NCBI GenBank assembly: GCA_964484655.1
Contig: CAZAFA010000001.1
Location: forward strand, 31,242 to 95,241
Source of the DNA: an uncultured Candidatus Saccharibacteria bacterium
GTDB taxonomy: Bacteria; Patescibacteriota; Minisyncoccia; UBA6257; 2-01-FULL-56-20
DNA: 64,000 nucleotides
Reading direction: 5' to 3'
The translations under genes and the position numbers were made by a program. Below, piece by piece: positions 58,647 through 64,000 of this stretch (position 1 is the stretch's first letter; the number at the start of each line of letters is the position of its first letter). A model generated the notes under the pieces. It worked only from the letters and a program-made list of their open reading frames with translations, was not told where the DNA came from and made no database searches.

Positions 58647-60256
58647 TCGCCGCAGCGTTCGTCGCCTACGGAGCCCTGCTCCTCAGGCTCTACGACCTCC
58701 AGATCGACAAGGGGGACACGTACGCGGCGAAGGCGAGCCAGCAGCTCGAGGCGGGCCAGCGCCTCGACGCGCCGCGCGGCGTCATCTACTTCACGGACAA
58801 GAACGGCAACCGCACGCCGGTCGCGGTCAACCGCGACCTGCCGGTCGTCTACGCCGTGCCGAAGGAGGTCGAGGACCCCGCAGCGCTCATCGAGGCGCTG
58901 CTGCCGTACTTCCCGGACATGGATCAGGGGAAGATGCTCACGCGCCTGCAGAACAAGGAGAGCCTCTACACGCTCTTCGGGAAGCGTCTCCCCCAGGAGA
59001 CCGCGGACCGCATCAAGGAGCTCGGCCTTACGGGCCTCTACGTCAACAACCAGCCCTTCCGTTATTACACCCTCGGCCCTTCGGCCGGTCACCTGCTCGG
59101 CTTCGTCGGCCCGAACCAGAACGGCCTCGGCGACGCGGGCCGCTACGGCGTCGAGGAAGCGTACGACACGCACCTGACCGGCGCGCCCGGCATCCTCGAG
59201 AACGGGCGCCTGACCTTCCCGACGCCGGGCGAGGACCTCGTGCTCACCATCGACCCGAACGTGCAGGCCGAGGCGCAGACGCTCCTGACGAACCTCGTCG
59301 CCAAGTACCGCAGCAAGGGCGGCACGATCATCGTGCAGGAACCCAAGAGCGGGAAGCTGCTCGCGCTCGTCGGCGCGCCGACGTTCGACCCGAACAGCTA
59401 CAGCAAGGCGCCGCTCGAGGCGTTCGTCAACGGCGCGACGCAGCAGCAGTACGAGCCGGGCTCGGTCGTGAAGGTGCTGACCATGGCGGCCGGACTCGAC
59501 GCGGGCAAGTTCACGCCGCAGACCACGGTCTACGACAACGGCGACTTCGAGGTCAGCGGCTTCCACATCCATAACTGGGACCTGAAGGCGTACGGCACCG
59601 TGACGATGACCAACATCATCGAGCACTCGCTCAACGTCGGCACCTCGCTCGCCCAGCGCATGGTCGGGCGCGACACCTTCCTGAAGTACATGAAGGCATT
59701 CGGCTACGGCGAGCGCACGGGCATCGACCTGCCCGGCGAGATCCGCGGCGACCTCGGCGAGATCACGCGGTCGGGCGCGAGCGACATCGCCTGGGCGACC
59801 GCGTCCTTCGGGCAGGGCGTCGTCGCGACGCCGATCCAGGTGATCAACGCGGTCTCGGCGATCGCCAACGGCGGGAAGCTCATGCGCCCGTACGTGAACG
59901 CCGAGCTCGAGCCGGAGGTGCGGCGCACGGTCATCAAGCCGGAGACCGCGCGCCAGGTGGCGCAGATGATGAGCACCGCCGTCGTCACCAACAAGATCGC
60001 GGCCATCCAGGGCTACGACGTCGCCGGCAAGACGGGCACGGCGCAGCTGGCGGTCGGCGGCAAGTACGGGGACAACGTCATCAACACGTACGTCGGCTTC
60101 GCGCCGGCGTTCGATCCCAAGTTCGTGATCCTCGTGAAGCTCGACCAGCCTGCCGGCGCGCCGCTCGCGGGACAGACCATCGTGCCGGTGTTCCGCGAGC
60201 TCGCGCAGTTCCTGCTCACGTACTACGAGGTACCGCCGTCCCGCTCCGCGCAATGA
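58616..60256 (+). CDS. ftsI: Division-specific class B PBP
   Basis: APRG, EPGSVVK, SLN, KTG; dcw position. Confidence 0.9.
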   Translation: MGSRFRFSLLIAAAFVAYGALLLRLYDLQIDKGDTYAAKASQQLEAGQRLDAPRGVIYFTDKNGNRTPVAVNRDLPVVYAVPKEVEDPAALIEALLPYFPDMDQGKMLTRLQNKESLYTLFGKRLPQETADRIKELGLTGLYVNNQPFRYYTLGPSAGHLLGFVGPNQNGLGDAGRYGVEEAYDTHLTGAPGILENGRLTFPTPGEDLVLTIDPNVQAEAQTLLTNLVAKYRSKGGTIIVQEPKSGKLLALVGAPTFDPNSYSKAPLEAFVNGATQQQYEPGSVVKVLTMAAGLDAGKFTPQTTVYDNGDFEVSGFHIHNWDLKAYGTVTMTNIIEHSLNVGTSLAQRMVGRDTFLKYMKAFGYGERTGIDLPGEIRGDLGEITRSGASDIAWATASFGQGVVATPIQVINAVSAIANGGKLMRPYVNAELEPEVRRTVIKPETARQVAQMMSTAVVTNKIAAIQGYDVAGKTGTAQLAVGGKYGDNVINTYVGFAPAFDPKFVILVKLDQPAGAPLAGQTIVPVFRELAQFLLTYYEVPPSRSAQ

Positions 60257-61554
60257 GGTCCGTGCCAGGCTTCGCGCACTGGGCAGCAGTGCGCCTCGTG
60301 CGGGCTTCGCTCTGGCGCTTCAAGCCGAGCGTGGTCTCAGTGACGGGGACGGTAGGGAAGACGACGACGAAAGCGGCGATCGCGGCGGTGCTCTCGCCGA
60401 TGCGCCGCGTGCGCATCGCGCCCGACGGCGTGCCGCCCTACGCGGCGCTCGCGCTCACCGTGCTCGCCACGGACGAGCACCTCGCGGAGGCGCCGAGCCA
60501 GTACCAGGACGACGGCTACAACCACGACCTGAAGCGGAGCTGGTTCTGGATCCGCGTCCTCGCGTTCGCCTCGTTGCGGCTGGTCCGGACCCGGCGCAAG
60601 GAAGCGCCAGACGTCTGCGTCGCCGAGTACGGCCGCGCCGAGAACGTGCGCCAGCTCCTGCGCCTCGTGCGCCCGACGGTCGCGGTCCTGACGCCGATCG
60701 GCGAGGTCGCGCCCGGCGGCCGCGGCGAGGAGGACCCGATCCGCGACTACGCGCGCACCGTCGAGCAGCTGCCTGCCGCCGCGTTCGCAGTCATCCCGTG
60801 CGAGGACGCGGCGCTCGCGGTGCGCCAGCGCACGCGCGCGCACGTGCTCACGTACGGCGCGGGCAGCGCCGCGCACGTGCAGGTGCAGCAGGTGCTCCAG
60901 GAGATCGACGCGGACGGGCATCCTGCCGTCTCGGCCGACATCAGCTACGGCGGATCGGTGGTGCCCATCGTCCTCCGCGGGGCGGTCGGGCCGTACCACA
61001 CCAACGCCGCAGCCGCCGCGATGTGCGTCGGCATCGTCTTCGGCGCCACGCTGCCCGACCTCGCGAGCGCGCTTTCCGCGTACCGCCCGCCGCAGGGATC
61101 CGTGCGCGTGATCCCGGCCGTGAAGGAGGCGACGCTCATCGCCGACGAGTACGACGCGCACCTGCTGACGGCCGTCGCCGGGCTGGAGCTCCTCGACGCG
61201 TACCCGGGCAAGCGGAAGATCGTGGTGCTCGGCGACCTCGTGGACCTCGGCAGCAAGAGCATGGAGGTGCACGAGTACCTCGGCCGGATCGTGAAGGAAG
61301 TCGCTGACGCGTTCATCGTCGTGGGCAGCCGCGCCCGCATCGCCGCCGAGTCGGCGCTGCGCGCGCGCATGGCCAAGAAGAACGTGCAGGCGTTCGAGCG
61401 CGCCGAGGACGCCGCGCCGGCGCTGCAGGCTTTGCTGAAGAAGGGCGACGTGGTGCTCGTCGCCGGCTCGCGCGTGATGCGCCTCGACAAGGTCGTGGAG
61501 GAGGTGCGCCTTCCCGACGCCGAGGATGTCCGGCGCGCGCAGGAAGGGGAGTAG
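60253..61554 (+). CDS. murF: Mur ligase, MurF-like, lacking N-terminal domain and divergent
   Basis: VTGTVGKTTTK, IADEYDA, VLGDLVDLG, GSRVMRL. Confidence 0.7.
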   Translation: MRSVPGFAHWAAVRLVRASLWRFKPSVVSVTGTVGKTTTKAAIAAVLSPMRRVRIAPDGVPPYAALALTVLATDEHLAEAPSQYQDDGYNHDLKRSWFWIRVLAFASLRLVRTRRKEAPDVCVAEYGRAENVRQLLRLVRPTVAVLTPIGEVAPGGRGEEDPIRDYARTVEQLPAAAFAVIPCEDAALAVRQRTRAHVLTYGAGSAAHVQVQQVLQEIDADGHPAVSADISYGGSVVPIVLRGAVGPYHTNAAAAAMCVGIVFGATLPDLASALSAYRPPQGSVRVIPAVKEATLIADEYDAHLLTAVAGLELLDAYPGKRKIVVLGDLVDLGSKSMEVHEYLGRIVKEVADAFIVVGSRARIAAESALRARMAKKNVQAFERAEDAAPALQALLKKGDVVLVAGSRVMRLDKVVEEVRLPDAEDVRRAQEGE

Positions 61555-61556
61555 CC

Positions 61557-62171
61557 ATGGCCAAGCGTCCTTCCAAGGCGGCGACCCGCATCAGCGACGA
61601 GGCGACGGTCCGCGCGACCGGCAAGACCTCCGCGGAATGGTACGCGCTTCTCGACGCGGACCATGCCGAGCTCTGGAGCCATAGGGAGCGCGTCAGCTTC
61701 CTGCGCCGTCACGGCGTCGCGCCCTGGTGGCAGCAGATGATCGCGGTCAACTACGAGCGCGCCCGGGGCCTGCGCCTCCTCGGCGAGACGAAGGCCGGCT
61801 TCGAGTTCGGGATCTCGCGCACGCTCGCGGTCGCGCCGGAGCGCGCCTGGGAGCTCCTGACCGCGGGCGTCGGCCTCGAGGCGTGGGCGGGCGACGGCAC
61901 GGACGTCGAGCTGCGGAAAGGGGCCAGCCAGCAGCTGCGCGGCAAGCGCGTCGAGGTCCGCGGCCTCACGCCCGGCGTCCGCCTGCGCCTCGCGGTGACC
62001 GAGCCCGGAGTGCCGCAGCGGATCATCCAGATGAGCGTCGCGCCCGCGGCGAACGGGCGCTCGAGCATCCGTTTCCACGAGGAGCACCTGCCCGGCATCG
62101 CCGCGCGCAAGCGCGCGGAGCGCCGCTGGCACGACGTCATGGACGAGGTGGAGGATATCCTCGGCGCCTGA
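61557..62171 (+). CDS. Hypothetical protein, SRPBCC/AHSA1-like C-terminal domain
   Basis: ATGKTSAEW, WWQQ, SRTLAVAPERAW, W..VM. Confidence 0.65.
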   Translation: MAKRPSKAATRISDEATVRATGKTSAEWYALLDADHAELWSHRERVSFLRRHGVAPWWQQMIAVNYERARGLRLLGETKAGFEFGISRTLAVAPERAWELLTAGVGLEAWAGDGTDVELRKGASQQLRGKRVEVRGLTPGVRLRLAVTEPGVPQRIIQMSVAPAANGRSSIRFHEEHLPGIAARKRAERRWHDVMDEVEDILGA

Positions 62172-62192
62172 CCGGTCTGCTACACTGGGGGC

Positions 62193-62597
62193 ATGTCAAC
62201 GCACGCCTCCCGTCCCTCCTACACCTATCTCTACATCGCGATAGCCATCGTCGCGGTCGCGCTCGTGGGATGGGGGATCCTGGCGCTCGACCAGCAGAGC
62301 ACGAAGCTCGACGGCTTCGCGTCCTGCCTGAAGGAGAAGGGCGCCACCTTCTACGGCGCCTTCTGGTGCCCGCACTGCCAGGAGCAGAAGGCCATGTTCA
62401 AGAAGTCGTCGCGCCTGCTCGCGTACGAGGAGTGCTCGACGCCGGACGGCAAGGGGCAGACGCAGGACTGCACGGACAAGGGCATCAAGTCGTACCCGAC
62501 CTGGACCTTCGCAGACGGCAGCACCGAGGAGGGCGTGCTCTCGCTGGGCAAGCTCGCCGAGAAGACCGGCTGCGAGGTTCCCGAGGAAGCCAAGTAG
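62193..62597 (+). CDS. Membrane-anchored thioredoxin-like oxidoreductase
   Basis: FYGAFWCPHC, YPTW. Confidence 0.88.
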   Translation: MSTHASRPSYTYLYIAIAIVAVALVGWGILALDQQSTKLDGFASCLKEKGATFYGAFWCPHCQEQKAMFKKSSRLLAYEECSTPDGKGQTQDCTDKGIKSYPTWTFADGSTEEGVLSLGKLAEKTGCEVPEEAK

Positions 62598-62601
62598 CGC
62601 C

Positions 62602-63135
62602 ATGGACGCAGCCCTGTTCACCGGGATCGTCAGCGTGATGGTGGTCATCGGCCAGATCGCTGCGGTCGGGCTCGCGCTCCTGCTCATGCGGGACGTGCGC
62701 CAGCGCCGCCGCGACGGCCTCACGGCATGGGTGCACCGCTACGGGCTCACGCTCGCCTTCGTCATCGCGCTCGGCGCCGTGGCCGCGAGCTTCGTGTACT
62801 CGGACGTGATCGGGTACGCGCCGTGCACTCTCTGCTGGTACCAGCGCGCCTTCATGATCCCGCTCGCGGTCGTCCTCGGCATCGCGGCGTGGCGCAATGA
62901 CCGGAGCATCATCCCGTACGCGCTCGCGCTGACCGCCTTCGGCGGCCTGGTCGCGCTCAACCACGTCTGGCTCCAGACGATGGGCGTCTCCCTCATCCCG
63001 TGCGACGCCAGCGGCCCGAGCTGCGACCAGCGCTTCGTCTACGAGTTCGGCTACGTGACGATCCCGGTGATGTCGCTCACCGGATTCGCGCTCATCGGCG
63101 CCCTGCTCGGTCACGCGCAGGTACGCAAGCACTAG
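62602..63135 (+). CDS. DsbB/BdbC-family disulfide bond formation protein
   Basis: PCTLCWYQR, second Cys pair, FGYVTIP. Confidence 0.92.
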   Translation: MDAALFTGIVSVMVVIGQIAAVGLALLLMRDVRQRRRDGLTAWVHRYGLTLAFVIALGAVAASFVYSDVIGYAPCTLCWYQRAFMIPLAVVLGIAAWRNDRSIIPYALALTAFGGLVALNHVWLQTMGVSLIPCDASGPSCDQRFVYEFGYVTIPVMSLTGFALIGALLGHAQVRKH

Positions 63136-63136
63136 C

Positions 63137-63940
63137 ATGGCCACCGCGCTCGTCACCGGCGCGTCATCCGGGATCGGCATGGAGTTCGCCGGCGTGCTCG
63201 CGCGCGAGGGATACGACCTCTTCCTAGTAGCGCGGGACGGCGAGCGGCTCGCGAAGGTCTGCGACGCGCTGAAAGTCGCGTACGGCATCCAGGCGCACTA
63301 CCTGGCGCAGGACCTGTCCGTGATCGGGGCGCCCGAGGCGCTCGTCGACGCGCTCGACGCGCAGGGCATGGTCATCGACGTGCTCGTGAACAACGCGGGC
63401 GTCGGCGACTACGGGAAGTTCATGGAGGCGGACGTCGCGAGGATCCGCGCGATGCTCCGCATCAACGTCATGGTGCCGACGCTCCTCGCGCGCCTGATCG
63501 GCGCGCGCATGATTGAGCGCGGCAGCGGCAGGATCCTCAACGTCGCCTCGTTCGCGAGCTTCGTGCCCGGCCCGTGGATGGCCGCCTACTACGCATCCAA
63601 GGCGTACCTCCTCTCGTTCTCGGAGGCGCTCGCGACCGAGCTTCAGGGGACCGGCGTCACGGTCACGGCGCTCTGCCCCGGCCCGACCGACACCGACTTC
63701 ATGCAGGTCTCCGGCATGAGCCGGTCGCGCCTGGTCTCCGGCAAGAAGCTCGCCGACCCGAAGCGCGTCGCCGAGTTCGGCTACCGCGCGATGATCCGCG
63801 GGAAGCGCGCCGCCGTGACCGGGCCGCGGTACCGGCTGTTCGCGTTCCTCACGGGCCTCGCGCCGCGGAGCCTCGTCGCGCGCATCGTGGAGCGCTTGCA
63901 GGCGCCGGTCTCCGGCGAGCCGAAGCCGGCACGGCACTAG
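63137..63940 (+). CDS. Short-chain dehydrogenase/reductase
   Basis: TGASSGIG, NNAG, YYASK. Confidence 0.95.
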   Translation: MATALVTGASSGIGMEFAGVLAREGYDLFLVARDGERLAKVCDALKVAYGIQAHYLAQDLSVIGAPEALVDALDAQGMVIDVLVNNAGVGDYGKFMEADVARIRAMLRINVMVPTLLARLIGARMIERGSGRILNVASFASFVPGPWMAAYYASKAYLLSFSEALATELQGTGVTVTALCPGPTDTDFMQVSGMSRSRLVSGKKLADPKRVAEFGYRAMIRGKRAAVTGPRYRLFAFLTGLAPRSLVARIVERLQAPVSGEPKPARH

Positions 63941-64000
63941 AGGGGATTGCGTCCTCCGGCGAGGTTGCTAGGATGGCCATGAAATCCCATGACCGCAGGC

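Overview
A 64-kb GC-rich chromosomal segment of a Patescibacteria/CPR (Parcubacteria-like) bacterium using genetic code 11. The assignment is an inference from the divergent, unlinked 16S rRNA, the shortened core proteins and the CPR-typical gene families (VirD4-like ATPase, DUF4012, DUF5667, GT39-like). Content is mostly housekeeping: mrdA, rplU, ndh, pgk, rnhA, lepA, lysA, gatCA, cca, aspS, rdgB, ndk, prfA, rpmE, rplS, rnhB, rpmF, nusB, rnc, smc and the mraZ-rsmH-ftsL-ftsI-mur cluster. RNA genes are seven tRNAs, RNase P RNA and a stand-alone 16S rRNA. No CRISPR array, transposase, integrase or prophage was seen. The strongest signal is an apparently remodelled translation-initiation system. 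About 20 genes have a TAnnnT -10 box exactly 6-8 nt before the start codon (leaderless mRNAs). The 16S anti-Shine-Dalgarno is displaced by a 20-nt insert, and the initiator-type tRNA-Met lacks the three G-C anticodon pairs and U33. Clear SD motifs are confined to accessory genes. Other highlights are a PGK-DHH phosphoesterase fusion, a membrane protein ending in an outer-membrane beta-barrel-like domain, candidate structured ncRNAs, unannotated small ORFs, and truncated RF1, SMC and AspRS. All protein calls rest on motif recognition by eye; no database search was run.
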